This document shows positions 49,501 to 59,499 of a stretch of 64,000 nt of DNA, in pieces. Source of the DNA: a virus. The stretch covers positions 64,001-128,000 of IMG/VR virus record IMGVR_UViG_3300009506_000002. One strand, given 5' to 3'. The notes under the pieces are model-generated. The model was not told the DNA's origin, searched no databases, and was given only the letters and a program-made list of their open reading frames with translations. The number at the start of each line of letters is the position of its first letter. The stretch's first letter is position 1. Position numbers and translations under genes: made by a program.

Positions 49501-49508
49501 ATATATAA

Positions 49509-51461
49509 TCAGAAATTTACAATTTCGTCATCCGGCGTAAGCTCGTCTACACGCACGTAGCCGTTTGTGGTTTTGAGTTTGTGATTGCCGGTGAAACGAT
49601 AAATTTTACCGTCGTCGGACTCAATCTCATACACGTCTTCGATACCATTGACAAACAGCTTAGTTACGCGCTGCAATTCATCATTCTCGTCATAGACGCG
49701 CAATTCGTCATTTGGTTCAATCCACGTACCTGGCGCACACTCGAATATGTTCAAGTCCTCAGGAGCAAGTCTTGAGAATATTTCAGACATCGACATTACA
49801 CCAGAATCCGTTTTCACTTCTGTTTCCATTGTTGTGCAACCAGATGGCTTGACGCAGGTAATCGAGCGTGATACGTTCACGCCAATCTTGTTCGCCCATT
49901 CGACGTTGGTTTCAATCGCTGTGCGACGCAGGATTTTCAGGATGGTTGGCAAGCGCAGTGCCTTGTTGCCTTCACCACAGAACTCTGCCAGCTCTTCAGC
50001 GGACACCTTCTGGGCACCCATGATCGGGTGATCCATGATGCCAGTGAGGGACACGCCCAGCAGGCACTCTTCCTCTGTGTTGAACTGCCACACCTCATCC
50101 AGGTAGCGGAAGTTAGACAGTGATGACTGCAACGTTCCCAGGATGGTAGCAATGCGCACCTTGTCCTTCAGTGTGTCGAGTGTATCGTTACGACGAACAA
50201 CAACTTCTGACAGGTTACAGAACTGCTTCGGACGCAGGATGATTTCAGAGCACGGGTTTGTGCCAAACGGATGACGGTGGTCACGGCGCGGAATGTCGAG
50301 GCCAGACCAATGTGGTTTGTTGCGCATCTCTTCGCGGAACTTGCCAGCATTGAGAACCTGTGTCTCAGAAGCTACGCGGCTGAAAATACCACGCTCGCCC
50401 GACTGTGACTGATAGAGCGCCATCCACTCTTCCATGAACGCACCCATGTCTGGCTTTTCAGTGTAGCAGACAGAGTTGTTTGCCAGCGCGCGCTGACCTT
50501 CGTTGATCCACCATTGACCCATCTTCGCTCTGCGCATACGGTCATCTGTCAGGTTTGACAGTGAGATCAGGGCTGAACGACGTACGCCGCCAACTACAAC
50601 GATCTCGGCGATCTTGCACATGAGGTCATGGCACTCGATTGATGTCAGCTTGCGGCCATCAGCGTTCTTGAAGATCTCTACGCTGAATCGGAACAGGTTC
50701 TCCAGAGGATCTGGGCCTGATGCACGACCACCAAACGTCTTGAGGCGAGCGCCAGCAGGACGAATCTTTGACAGGTCCCACTTGACACCGAAGTTGCGGT
50801 TGTACAACTCGACCAACAGGATACGGTAAGCAGAAGCCCAGCCGATCTTTGAGTCAGTCACGTGGATGGTGTTGGTCTTGGTGTTGATGGTTGAGATTTC
50901 TTCAACCGGGCAGTTGACGAACGCTTCTGGCAAGCATGACTCGCGCAGTTCTGGGTTCGATTGAATCAGTGGCAGCAATTCAGGGTCTGACTCTGCCAGC
51001 AACTCCTTGAGGATTGAAACGTTTTCTTCATCCGTCTTTACTTCGGGTAGACGCGTGATGTCCTGACGTTCAACAGAGAATCCAAAGCCAGTTCCGCACA
51101 TGAGAATGTACATGGCTTGGTCGAAGAATGTGATGTCATCGCAACGGTTGTAAGAACAGTTGAACGCTGCCACATTGTCACGACTAAGCGCTTCACCTGC
51201 CGTCATCAGACAGCGCATTGAAGGCATCGCTTTCAGCGTCTCGATGTACGAACGGACTGTCGTATCGAGGTAACTCAGGTCAGCCTCAGATAGCTTGCCT
51301 GCAGGGTACTCCTTTTCCATGAAGAAACGGATGTAGCGATCCACGGTCTCAGGGAACGTTTCGCGTCGATCGCCATTCCATCTCGCATAACGCGAAAGCG
51401 CTATGTAATTCTGATAGTCATTGAGCATGTTTTTCCTTTTCCTTTTTAGCATTTTGCCCAC
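49509..51461 (-). CDS. nrdJ: class II (B12-dependent) ribonucleotide reductase N-terminal part fused to the split-intein N-part (109 aa, 49509-49838)
   Basis: MPSMR, FNCSY, GGVRRSALISLS, GTNPCSEI, FCNLSEV, TCVKPSG|CTTMET...FTGNHKL.T..G. Confidence 0.9.
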   Translation of the reverse strand: MGKMLKRKRKNMLNDYQNYIALSRYARWNGDRRETFPETVDRYIRFFMEKEYPAGKLSEADLSYLDTTVRSYIETLKAMPSMRCLMTAGEALSRDNVAAFNCSYNRCDDITFFDQAMYILMCGTGFGFSVERQDITRLPEVKTDEENVSILKELLAESDPELLPLIQSNPELRESCLPEAFVNCPVEEISTINTKTNTIHVTDSKIGWASAYRILLVELYNRNFGVKWDLSKIRPAGARLKTFGGRASGPDPLENLFRFSVEIFKNADGRKLTSIECHDLMCKIAEIVVVGGVRRSALISLSNLTDDRMRRAKMGQWWINEGQRALANNSVCYTEKPDMGAFMEEWMALYQSQSGERGIFSRVASETQVLNAGKFREEMRNKPHWSGLDIPRRDHRHPFGTNPCSEIILRPKQFCNLSEVVVRRNDTLDTLKDKVRIATILGTLQSSLSNFRYLDEVWQFNTEEECLLGVSLTGIMDHPIMGAQKVSAEELAEFCGEGNKALRLPTILKILRRTAIETNVEWANKIGVNVSRSITCVKPSGCTTMETEVKTDSGVMSMSEIFSRLAPEDLNIFECAPGTWIEPNDELRVYDENDELQRVTKLFVNGIEDVYEIESDDGKIYRFTGNHKLKTTNGYVRVDELTPDDEIVNF

Positions 51462-52477
51462 CTGGTCATTGCCATCTTTGCCGCTAAGCCTTCATAGACA
51501 TTTTCGGAAATCACATGCTGAACATCTAGTCCGGCAATAACCATATCATTGATATCTTTCTTTTTGATCGAGGACGGGAATATTACGACAGATTTCCCTG
51601 CCTCAATTGCTTTATTCATCTTGTCAACGGTTTGTGGTGAACGTGGCTCGTTGTCAAAGGCGAATATTTCTTTCTTGGGTCTGACTCTTCCTGAGATTGC
51701 CAGTAGATCGCCACCGGAAGCGGCGAGACAGTTCTGTAGGAATAACGAATCAACCGGACCCTCTACTATGTAAATTGGTTTGTTTCTATCGACTCTATCA
51801 AGTCCGAACACTTTTGGTGCATCGCCGTCTAACTTGATGGTGATGTATTTAGCGCCGGAGTTACGTCCTGGGAGCTCTCGCCCTTGGAACGCGAAGATCT
51901 TTCCTTCTTCATCATAGAATGGAATGATGAAACGCGGATGATCATAGCGCAGCGCTTGTTCCTTGAACACCTTTTTCTTTGCCACGAGGTTTGAGAAAGC
52001 GTAGAACGCAGGTGTGTAGAAGATGTACTTGCGCGCGCTGGCTGGCAACTTGCGAGAGCCCCAATAGTTCTGGTGTTCAATTGGCATGTCCTCAAAGCGC
52101 TTGAGGTAGCCAGTGACCTGCACGTTGTCCTTCACTGATTTGATAGAGCTAAGGTCGAACTTCATCTTGGTAGGATCTGGCTCATCCGACTTGTTCTTGT
52201 TGCCAAACTTTGAGCCAATGCGCTCTGCCAGATATTCTTTGTACAGGTTAGGATCAAACTTCTTGAGGAAGTTCTGGAATGATGTGGCTTCGCCGCAGTT
52301 GTGGCACTTGTACCACAGACGTTCCTTGTGAGCGAAGAAGTAGCCGCGCGCTTTGCGTGAGTCCTTCTGGCTATCGCCACAGAGCGGACATGAACAGTTC
52401 CACAGCCTATTTGACTTCTTGGTATAGTTGCGCAGTCTAAGACTGATCAACCCCAGGTACTTGGTGTCAATTATCAT
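51446..52477 (-). CDS. DNA primase gp61
   Basis: CP.CGDS....KARG, CHNC, FQGR, KYITIK, EG..DSLF, DNEPR, KDINDM. Confidence 0.95.
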   Translation of the reverse strand: MIIDTKYLGLISLRLRNYTKKSNRLWNCSCPLCGDSQKDSRKARGYFFAHKERLWYKCHNCGEATSFQNFLKKFDPNLYKEYLAERIGSKFGNKNKSDEPDPTKMKFDLSSIKSVKDNVQVTGYLKRFEDMPIEHQNYWGSRKLPASARKYIFYTPAFYAFSNLVAKKKVFKEQALRYDHPRFIIPFYDEEGKIFAFQGRELPGRNSGAKYITIKLDGDAPKVFGLDRVDRNKPIYIVEGPVDSLFLQNCLAASGGDLLAISGRVRPKKEIFAFDNEPRSPQTVDKMNKAIEAGKSVVIFPSSIKKKDINDMVIAGLDVQHVISENVYEGLAAKMAMTRWAKC

Positions 52478-52662
52478 TCTTCAGTTTATCTTTATGCCTC
52501 TGGGACTTAACTCGGAAAGCCCACTTAGAATGCTTTGTGCTGAAATAGATAGACGAACGCGCCTTACCTATTGAGTCAGCCAATTTCTCAAGATGATGTC
52601 GATGGTCACAGATGGCATAGACGTTTCCGCCAATGCCAGTTAGTACGATAGGGCGTTCTGCT

Positions 52663-53280
52663 TCAAGCGCCTTTATTCTCGTCATGGATGCTCTCAAGTT
52701 CGCGCGTCATATTTGCGCGCGCTTTCTCCTCGTACTTGAATTGGAAGTACGGCGTCAGGAAGATCTTGCCACGGTTCAGCATATCACATAAGAACCGTGA
52801 GCGACCTGCATCCCAATACTGGCGCTCGAAGTAGAATGTGTACTCATGACGGATGCCAGCCGTGCAGAGACTATAGACGTCCCAATCAGTGCCCAAGTAG
52901 GCACAATCGAGATCGTAGATGTAGTTGTATGCAACCACGTCGGATTCATTGTGACTTTCCGTCCCGATTATTCCGCGTACTACATATTCAATGTCGTCAC
53001 GCCCATAGCCAGCGGTTTCCATGTACTGCTCGGCCAGCGTTGCAGATTCATCTTCATTGAAGTCTCTGTTCGCTTCGTAGACGGCATCATGGAACAGAAT
53101 GATCAGTATGTCGAGTTCGTTGTACGGAAGGTGTTGGTTGTCAACCAAACGGTTATACCCTTCAATCATTTTGTAGACGTGGTGCATCGTGTGATACAGG
53201 CGCACGCCTCTCGAATAGCACGTTGCACAAAGATCGATTGCATCTAGGTGCTTTCTATAAAACTCAGGACGTATCAACAC
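52663..53280 (-). CDS. HD-superfamily phosphohydrolase
   Basis: YH...H, FHDAVY, NE.ESA, D.D...LG, IR.EY, R..FL, A..N...EL. Confidence 0.8.
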   Translation of the reverse strand: MLIRPEFYRKHLDAIDLCATCYSRGVRLYHTMHHVYKMIEGYNRLVDNQHLPYNELDILIILFHDAVYEANRDFNEDESATLAEQYMETAGYGRDDIEYVVRGIIGTESHNESDVVAYNYIYDLDCAYLGTDWDVYSLCTAGIRHEYTFYFERQYWDAGRSRFLCDMLNRGKIFLTPYFQFKYEEKARANMTRELESIHDENKGA

Positions 53281-53297
53281 ACTAAATACCTACACGT

Positions 53298-53678
53298 ATG
53301 GAATTCATCAAACTTACCCCAAAGAACTTTACACTTTACGCGACAAAGATGTACGAAAATCCTCAATGCTCATCCATGGACGAGTTCAATGAGGACTTGC
53401 GCCGTTTTTCATCAGTGAAGCGCCTACTGCTAAGGCTATCACGAAAAGATGATTCTGTCAACATAAGAATGCTCCTCAATCACATTATCATCCTGGACAA
53501 CCTTTTTGGGAATGAAGCTGCCACGCGCATGTTGTTCTTTTACTGTGACGAATGCACATATCCCTATCTTAAGAGCTTCCTTCTGTTCCTCAACATTCTA
53601 CCACAATACATTGCCGAAGTCAACATCCAAGAATTGCCCGCTGATCAGGCGACCATAAATAAGTTAAAGAACCTATAA
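53298..53678 (+). CDS. conserved T4-superfamily hypothetical protein (late)
   Basis: NF.LYA.K.Y.NPQC....EF.EDL.RF, R..LNHII.L.N.FG. Confidence 0.8.
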   Translation: MEFIKLTPKNFTLYATKMYENPQCSSMDEFNEDLRRFSSVKRLLLRLSRKDDSVNIRMLLNHIIILDNLFGNEAATRMLFFYCDECTYPYLKSFLLFLNILPQYIAEVNIQELPADQATINKLKNL

Positions 53679-53692
53679 CGATTGAGGGTACC

Positions 53693-54226
53693 GTGGCTTC
53701 ACCATTAGAGCTGTTCCTTGCATACAAATTTGTCCGCATCATGTCTACTCCGTTTGAAGAGTGGGACGCGTACAAGCTCGGACTGATCGACAAGAAGGGA
53801 ACTAAGCTGAAAGCTGCCAGCACGTCGGATGAGAAGAACGCAATGTCACTCGTCCACATTTTGGCGCGCAACTTGAAGCGCGTGCTCCAGAAGCTTCCGT
53901 TTGGTCAGTCAAAACTTGCGAGCTTTTCTGCCGCACTTTTCCTCCTAAAAGAAGCTCAGGAGCTCGGCGACCCAGAAAAGCTGCTGGAAGGGCTTGTGGG
54001 GCCATCAGACATGGTTTCTGAAAGCATCTCTACCCTACCACCAGGACTGTACAAGACAGACCCCTCAATATTTGAGGATCTAATTATATCATCAGGCGCG
54101 TTCATTGTCAAGGAAGAACTTTTGCCAGTGCGCACCATGTTCGGTGAGAACATCTTTGAAGTGCGCGACCTCGTACATCGCACAACCGTCCTGATGCCAG
54201 CATCTCTATTGGAGCCACTACAATGA
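53693..54226 (+). CDS. conserved T4-superfamily hypothetical protein (late)
   Basis: YKF...M.TPF..W.AYK.G.ID..G, N.KR.L.K.P, AAL.LLKE. Confidence 0.78.
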   Translation: MASPLELFLAYKFVRIMSTPFEEWDAYKLGLIDKKGTKLKAASTSDEKNAMSLVHILARNLKRVLQKLPFGQSKLASFSAALFLLKEAQELGDPEKLLEGLVGPSDMVSESISTLPPGLYKTDPSIFEDLIISSGAFIVKEELLPVRTMFGENIFEVRDLVHRTTVLMPASLLEPLQ

Positions 54227-55242
54227 AAGAAAAGATTGATGAAATGGTAACGACTGGCGGAGCACTTGCCAGCCATTCACCTACCGATGCGCGCCGCAAG
54301 GCACAGGTACTGCCAGATGGTAACTTTGGCGGTAAGCCATATTTCGACTGCTCTCCAGACATTTTTGCCAAGTGCTACAAAGGACGCAAGAAAGGCCAGC
54401 GCTGGTCAACCTATCTCGAGGCTGACAATGAATGGGCGCGCGGCGTGCGTACATGGGCTCGTCAAACTGGCAACCCTGACTTTTTGTTCCGCAATACCGC
54501 GGACAACTCGTTCATGTATGCCCAGTATGGTATCATGAAGGAAGAGACGCAGATCGATGAGGCGACTATTAAGGGCTGGCTCAAGACGTTCATGAAGAAA
54601 GGTCAGAACCGCTCTCCGATGGAGCAGGAATACGTGAAGGCTCAGAAGGCCCTGAAGAAGGAGAACCCGAAGGCTAAGATTGGCGCGATTGGCGTTGATC
54701 AGAATGGCGATATTCGCTTCATGACACTGACCGGAGACGAGTTTGTGTTGCGTAAGGACGGTAGCCTTGAGTTGATGAATGAATCACTCGATGAGGCAAT
54801 GAACATGAAGACCGTCAAGATCGGTTTTCCAAGCAATGAATTGGCAGCAGAAGTGGCCGCTAACCTCAAGAGAGAAAACTTCCTCGAGCTGAAAGTATCT
54901 GGGAAGGTGGTGGAAATCACATACAGACAGGGCACCGCTTATGGTGCGTGGTCGCTCAAGGACCTAAAGCACGCGGTCAAGATGGCCGGAAGAGCCGCTG
55001 GCATGAATGAGAGTGTGGAGATTGATGAGGCAATGAGAATGTCTCTGGCTCCTGCCATTGCCAAAGACTTGAAGGCGAAGGGCGTCACCAAAACAAAGAA
55101 CTCTGAGAAGGAAATCATCTCAATGATCTTCCAGGAGCTCGAGAACTATCCTGCGTTCAAGGGTAACAAGAAGAGAAAGCAGGCCCAGATGCAAGATGAT
55201 GACTTCATCATGGACGTACTAGCAGAGCTTCCAGTTCGTTAA
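54223..55242 (+). CDS. putative internal-head polyprotein
   Basis: Four repeated (I/L)DE(A/M) junctions. Confidence 0.6.
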   Translation: MKEKIDEMVTTGGALASHSPTDARRKAQVLPDGNFGGKPYFDCSPDIFAKCYKGRKKGQRWSTYLEADNEWARGVRTWARQTGNPDFLFRNTADNSFMYAQYGIMKEETQIDEATIKGWLKTFMKKGQNRSPMEQEYVKAQKALKKENPKAKIGAIGVDQNGDIRFMTLTGDEFVLRKDGSLELMNESLDEAMNMKTVKIGFPSNELAAEVAANLKRENFLELKVSGKVVEITYRQGTAYGAWSLKDLKHAVKMAGRAAGMNESVEIDEAMRMSLAPAIAKDLKAKGVTKTKNSEKEIISMIFQELENYPAFKGNKKRKQAQMQDDDFIMDVLAELPVR

Positions 55243-55481
55243 CAGTCCATCCCGTCAATCAACTGAAAAGAACCACCTAATTCAACGTAGGTGGTTTTTT
55301 CTTTTGTTGCGTTGTCAACCACTTTCACAGATGAAAACTTGCCAATCTTGTCCTTGAGCCAAGCATCGAGATCAGCCTTGTTGATCTGCTCCTCCGGACC
55401 AAGACCACCTACGCCGCGTTTCAATTCCGCGACAGTCAGTTCCTTGCGCTTGAGGAATGTGGTGAAGCGAGGGATTGCCAT
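55239..55481 (-). CDS. putative internal head protein
   Basis: N-terminal RFTTFLK leader. Confidence 0.5.
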   Translation of the reverse strand: MAIPRFTTFLKRKELTVAELKRGVGGLGPEEQINKADLDAWLKDKIGKFSSVKVVDNATKEKTTYVELGGSFQLIDGMDC

Positions 55482-56035
55482 TAGGCTTTCAACTTCTTCT
55501 GTAGGAATCCGAACTCACTGTGGAGCTCTTTTGGCATCAGCTTCTTGAAAGCTGCTTCGTCACCTGCTCTGATCAGTTCACGGACTTTGGTTGCGCTGGT
55601 AAAGCGTTCTGTCATCTTAAAGCGGGTCTTGAATTGCTTGGCAGTGTCGAGCTTCTTGTTCACGCCATCGATCTGAGCCTTGTAGCCTTTGATGCGATCT
55701 TCACCTGCATAGATTGCACCGATCTCGAGACCGAGCAATCGAAGGTTTGCCATGATCTCTGGCAAGTATCCCGGAGCCACCTCAACAACCTTCAGGCCAG
55801 GCATTGCTTTTTGCAGCAAGCGCATCTGATCAGATGAGGATAGCGGATTGCGGTTCTTATCGAGCGAGCTCTTTGCTCCCTTGACCAGTGCCACAACAGG
55901 ATTCTTCATCTTCTTGATGATCTTCAGGTGACCCAGATGAATTGGCTGCATACGTCCAAGGAATAGCTCGGCAGGCTTGCTTGCCTTGTTAGGCACCTGC
56001 TCAATGTCAAATGCTTCTTCGAGCTCGATTGTCAT
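55481..56035 (-). CDS. HIGH-superfamily nucleotidyltransferase (cytidylyltransferase-like)
   Basis: GRMQPIHLGH, NPL, AG.DR, SATKVR. Confidence 0.85.
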   Translation of the reverse strand: MTIELEEAFDIEQVPNKASKPAELFLGRMQPIHLGHLKIIKKMKNPVVALVKGAKSSLDKNRNPLSSSDQMRLLQKAMPGLKVVEVAPGYLPEIMANLRLLGLEIGAIYAGEDRIKGYKAQIDGVNKKLDTAKQFKTRFKMTERFTSATKVRELIRAGDEAAFKKLMPKELHSEFGFLQKKLKA

Positions 56036-56487
56036 ACCTTTAACTCCGGGTTGGGTGTTTTGAAGTCAGCTTTTCGCATGACCGTTTTTGCGACCAATTC
56101 GATCATGCCCTTCTTGTTGAGGTTGAGGACGAATGGCACGTTGATATTCGAGGATACGCTCTTAATCACCGCCTGAAAGTCATCTGGCTTTGTGGTCAGT
56201 GTGCGGCCATGCAGAGAGTATGCTTTGCGGAACAGTTCCTCAAGCTCTGCAACAGTGATGTCCTTCTTGTTGCGCGCATCATTCACACGATCAAGGAAGT
56301 GGCGCGTGAACTCAATGTCGATGTTCAATCCCTTGAACAGGTTGTCGAGCATCTTCTCGAGATGATTCAAGTCCTGCTGGGTTACCTTCTTGGCAGCTTC
56401 GGGATTGTTCTTCGCGCACAGAGCCATCAGCTTTGCTTGTGCGTTGACCGACTCATCGAGCCACTGTAGGAAACGCATTACCTTCAT
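56032..56487 (-). CDS. putative RegB/RelE(BECR)-fold endoribonuclease-like head protein
   Basis: IEFTRHFLDR, ELF.K, KTVMRK; leader RFLQWLDE. Confidence 0.45.
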   Translation of the reverse strand: MKVMRFLQWLDESVNAQAKLMALCAKNNPEAAKKVTQQDLNHLEKMLDNLFKGLNIDIEFTRHFLDRVNDARNKKDITVAELEELFRKAYSLHGRTLTTKPDDFQAVIKSVSSNINVPFVLNLNKKGMIELVAKTVMRKADFKTPNPELKV

Positions 56488-56816
56488 GCGTCAAATCCGT
56501 ACCACGTAATGCCGCCAGCACGAGCAGGTGAATAGATCTCCTGGATCTTCTTCATCTTGTGCTTTTTCAGCACAGCAACCACCTTGTCCTTGTCCTCTTT
56601 CGACATGATCTTCGTAGGCATTGTGACTGATACGCGCAGGATGTCTCCAGGCATACCGTGGTAGATCACATAAGGACGGGTTGAAATGCTACGTCGCAGC
56701 GAGCGAAGTGCCTGTGAGACAGCGTCGTCACCTTTGATCTCCTTCTCAGGGAAAGCGGCGAGCATGTCTTTCTTGATTGCTTCGTACTTTGCGAGTTGCT
56801 TGTTTGATAGTGCCAT
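56484..56816 (-). CDS. hypothetical basic protein
   Basis: In the late operon. Confidence 0.6.
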   Translation of the reverse strand: MALSNKQLAKYEAIKKDMLAAFPEKEIKGDDAVSQALRSLRRSISTRPYVIYHGMPGDILRVSVTMPTKIMSKEDKDKVVAVLKKHKMKKIQEIYSPARAGGITWYGFDA

Positions 56817-56818
56817 TC

Positions 56819-57103
56819 TTATTTCCTCTTCATCATCGTAAGTTTACGCTTCGTCGCAGGTTTGTCAAGCAATTCTTCTGCATCCAGTAGCGCACGCGCG
56901 AGGAACCAGTCGTTGCGACCAAACTCGTATTTCAGATTGGCAGAATTACCACTCTTCACCTGATCAGCGATGGTCGACAGCTTGCGCGCAACCATTGAGC
57001 GGAGACCCTTGAGAGTGAGAACACCGTAGCCAGTGATCGCTAGTGTCGGATCATCGGGGTTGAAGTTCTCATACTCATAATAGACAGATACTCTTGATGT
57101 CAT
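56819..57103 (-). CDS. hypothetical protein
   Basis: In the late operon; P.DP...I.G.G...L..L. Confidence 0.6.
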   Translation of the reverse strand: MTSRVSVYYEYENFNPDDPTLAITGYGVLTLKGLRSMVARKLSTIADQVKSGNSANLKYEFGRNDWFLARALLDAEELLDKPATKRKLTMMKRK

Positions 57104-57156
57104 ACGCCCGCCTTCAGTCGGTTAAAGATGTTGCCTTCGTTGATCATGTGGACGAC

Positions 57157-57879
57157 TTAGCCGAGCTGACTTACGGCAAAGCTAACGATTTGTGGTGAGT
57201 ATCCCAGTTTCTTACCAAAGGCCTGCATGTTCTTCTTGACCTTGGCGACATCCCACTTGGCAATATCCTTTCCATACTCCATCTCGAAGTCAGAAATCAA
57301 CTGCGCAGCATCGCTCATCTTGCCCTCATCGAGCATGATTTCAGCTTCTGCTTCGGTCAGCTTCTTCTGGAATGCATCGAGCTTCCAGTAGCTTGTGGTC
57401 TTGCCATTGATCATTGAGGATGTCTTGATTGGCTTGCCATTGTTGAGGTCACTCAGATACAGGTTGGCATCCTTCAGGAACTTGCTCACCTGAGGGCCGA
57501 GCTTGGCAGCATCCTTCTCACTGGCAAACGTGATGCCAACGGATACAAGACCGAACTTGTTCTTTGGTCCGAGCGTTACGCGGGTACCTGGGAACTTGCT
57601 GGCGACAGTCTTGGCAATGCCAGCCAGTGGGTGACCTGATGGTGTACCCTCATCCAGCCGATCTGCGAGGTATTCAGAGAAGCCGATCACATCGCCCTCG
57701 TCAACACCGGCCATCTTCTTGAAGATAGTCATGACGATTGCGTAGAATCGGTCACTCTCGTGATCCATATCGGGATATTGTTTTGCTGCGGCAGCTTTGG
57801 CATCTTGCCACTTCTTTTCGAGTGTGGCAACAGAGCCCTTGCCCATGTCAGCGAGCTTCTTAACGTATGCGGTAGGCAT
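57157..57879 (-). CDS. putative internal-head polyprotein
   Basis: Late promoter at 57907-57914; VDEG, FSEYL..RLDEG and LTE....MLDEG junctions. Confidence 0.6.
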   Translation of the reverse strand: MPTAYVKKLADMGKGSVATLEKKWQDAKAAAAKQYPDMDHESDRFYAIVMTIFKKMAGVDEGDVIGFSEYLADRLDEGTPSGHPLAGIAKTVASKFPGTRVTLGPKNKFGLVSVGITFASEKDAAKLGPQVSKFLKDANLYLSDLNNGKPIKTSSMINGKTTSYWKLDAFQKKLTEAEAEIMLDEGKMSDAAQLISDFEMEYGKDIAKWDVAKVKKNMQAFGKKLGYSPQIVSFAVSQLG

Positions 57880-57916
57880 GGTGATCTCCTTAGAAACGCT
57901 TTTTACTATTTAGTTT

Positions 57917-58240
57917 CTAGGAAACTGTGACCTTGACCACTTTGCCAGTGTCGGTGACTGATACAGACGCGCCGCCCATTGGCATTGAATACGCGCCAGA
58001 CAGATTGCCCTTCTTGAATTCGGTCACCTTTTCACCACGATTCTTCGCGATGTCAGACAGCGCCTTCATTGCTTCTTCAGCAACGCCCTTGCCTGAGTCC
58101 TTCATAGCGATAGCACCGCCAGAATTTGAAACGTCCCAGCCCTTGTTGCCCAGACGGCGCTTCAATGCCATGAACAGTGAGCGCGACAAATCCTTTGCAG
58201 CTTCCTCGGTGAGGTATTCAGAAAACTTCTTTACTTCCAC
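57917..58240 (-). CDS. putative internal head protein
   Basis: Leader KKFSEYLTEE resembles the T4 capsid targeting sequence. Confidence 0.6.
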   Translation of the reverse strand: MEVKKFSEYLTEEAAKDLSRSLFMALKRRLGNKGWDVSNSGGAIAMKDSGKGVAEEAMKALSDIAKNRGEKVTEFKKGNLSGAYSMPMGGASVSVTDTGKVVKVTVS

Positions 58241-58251
58241 TTCTTTCTCCT

Positions 58252-59499
58252 TTACATGAACGTCAGACCGACTTTGTCTGCCGCTCTGCTATATCCATTC
58301 TTTGTTCTTAGTACCACTTTCGGTATCTTTGCAGCTTTGCCCGATATCGGCTTGATGTCGAAATTTGGTGCGCCATCAGGTCTGAATCGGTTCATAATCA
58401 AATAATGAACTCTGCTAATGATAGCAGCTTTGAACATGCTTGTAAAGTCCAAAGTTCCATTCTTTGACTGTTCAACGAGCAGCTTCTCAAGCTCGTATCT
58501 AATATAGCCGTAGTCGGTGATTCCTTCCTTCTTTGGCTTGACCTTGTTCTTGTTGATCAGGTCGGTGAACAGGTGGAGCTGTGACCACCCGTCGATATCT
58601 CTTGATGACTTCACGCCAGCGATTGAGTCGAGGTGCTTCTTGGTAAAGCCAGGTACCTTTGCTGCCATTGCGGCATAGAACGCGCCAGTGTTGACGCTGT
58701 TATCGGTTAGTGCCTGCAGGACTTCATACTCTTGGGTCTTCTTGTAGTGTTGCAGCATCTTATCTGTGCCAATGATCTTGATCAGGTCAGAACCCTTGAC
58801 GGTGTTCGATGCTGATCCACCAGCCTTTGACGACACGCGCACAACTGACTTCTCATCCTTTGAGTAGACGTAGAAGTCAACCAGTGGCTCGTTACCTGAC
58901 ACAGGGAAGAATGCTTTCCAAGACATGTCAATCATGCCAATGTGCAGCAAGTAGAACGGGCCTAGCAGTTCACCAAAGTTCTTCTGGATTTCGTTGATTG
59001 GCATGGTCTTGACTTCAACACTCTTTGGGAGCATCTTTGTGCCTCCCATGTAGTAATCAGTCAAAAGGTGTAGGAAATCACGGATTGACTCTGACAGATC
59101 AGTTCGCTTATCAATCGCAACTTTCACTGCCTTGTGATAGTCCTTAAGGCCATATTTCTTACCAACGAGGTTGTAGAAATCTTGAGGCTTCAACTTATGT
59201 GCTTTTGCGCCCTTAGCCCACGAAAGTCCATACTGTGCAGGGCTTACCATACTTGCAACAGGAGCACCATACTTGAGAAATTGAAGAGTCTTGCTGCCTG
59301 CTTGGATAACTGCAAAGTGGCCTCTATTTTCAAGTTTACCTTTGACCACGCCAGTTCCATTAACCTTATACGGCTTGAGGTCTTTCTCTAGGTCGCGTGA
59401 GTAGCCAATTCCCAAGACCTCGTAGACACCTCCCTTGTACTTGACAAGGTCGCCGATGTGAGACGGGTCAAACAGTCCGCCGACGCTACGCGCTGACAC
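58252..59499 (-). CDS. PD-(D/E)xK restriction-endonuclease-like protein
   Basis: FGELLGP, FP...N.PL.D, VSSK.G. Confidence 0.6.
   Translation of the reverse strand: MSARSVGGLFDPSHIGDLVKYKGGVYEVLGIGYSRDLEKDLKPYKVNGTGVVKGKLENRGHFAVIQAGSKTLQFLKYGAPVASMVSPAQYGLSWAKGAKAHKLKPQDFYNLVGKKYGLKDYHKAVKVAIDKRTDLSESIRDFLHLLTDYYMGGTKMLPKSVEVKTMPINEIQKNFGELLGPFYLLHIGMIDMSWKAFFPVSGNEPLVDFYVYSKDEKSVVRVSSKAGGSASNTVKGSDLIKIIGTDKMLQHYKKTQEYEVLQALTDNSVNTGAFYAAMAAKVPGFTKKHLDSIAGVKSSRDIDGWSQLHLFTDLINKNKVKPKKEGITDYGYIRYELEKLLVEQSKNGTLDFTSMFKAAIISRVHYLIMNRFRPDGAPNFDIKPISGKAAKIPKVVLRTKNGYSRAADKVGLTFM

Noticed and set aside
49385-49508. Self-splicing intron or sequencing frameshift in nrdJ
   Set aside because: The gap is too short for a group I core. 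Both halves carry intein motifs, and the C-half has its own SD (AAAGGAG) and ATG.
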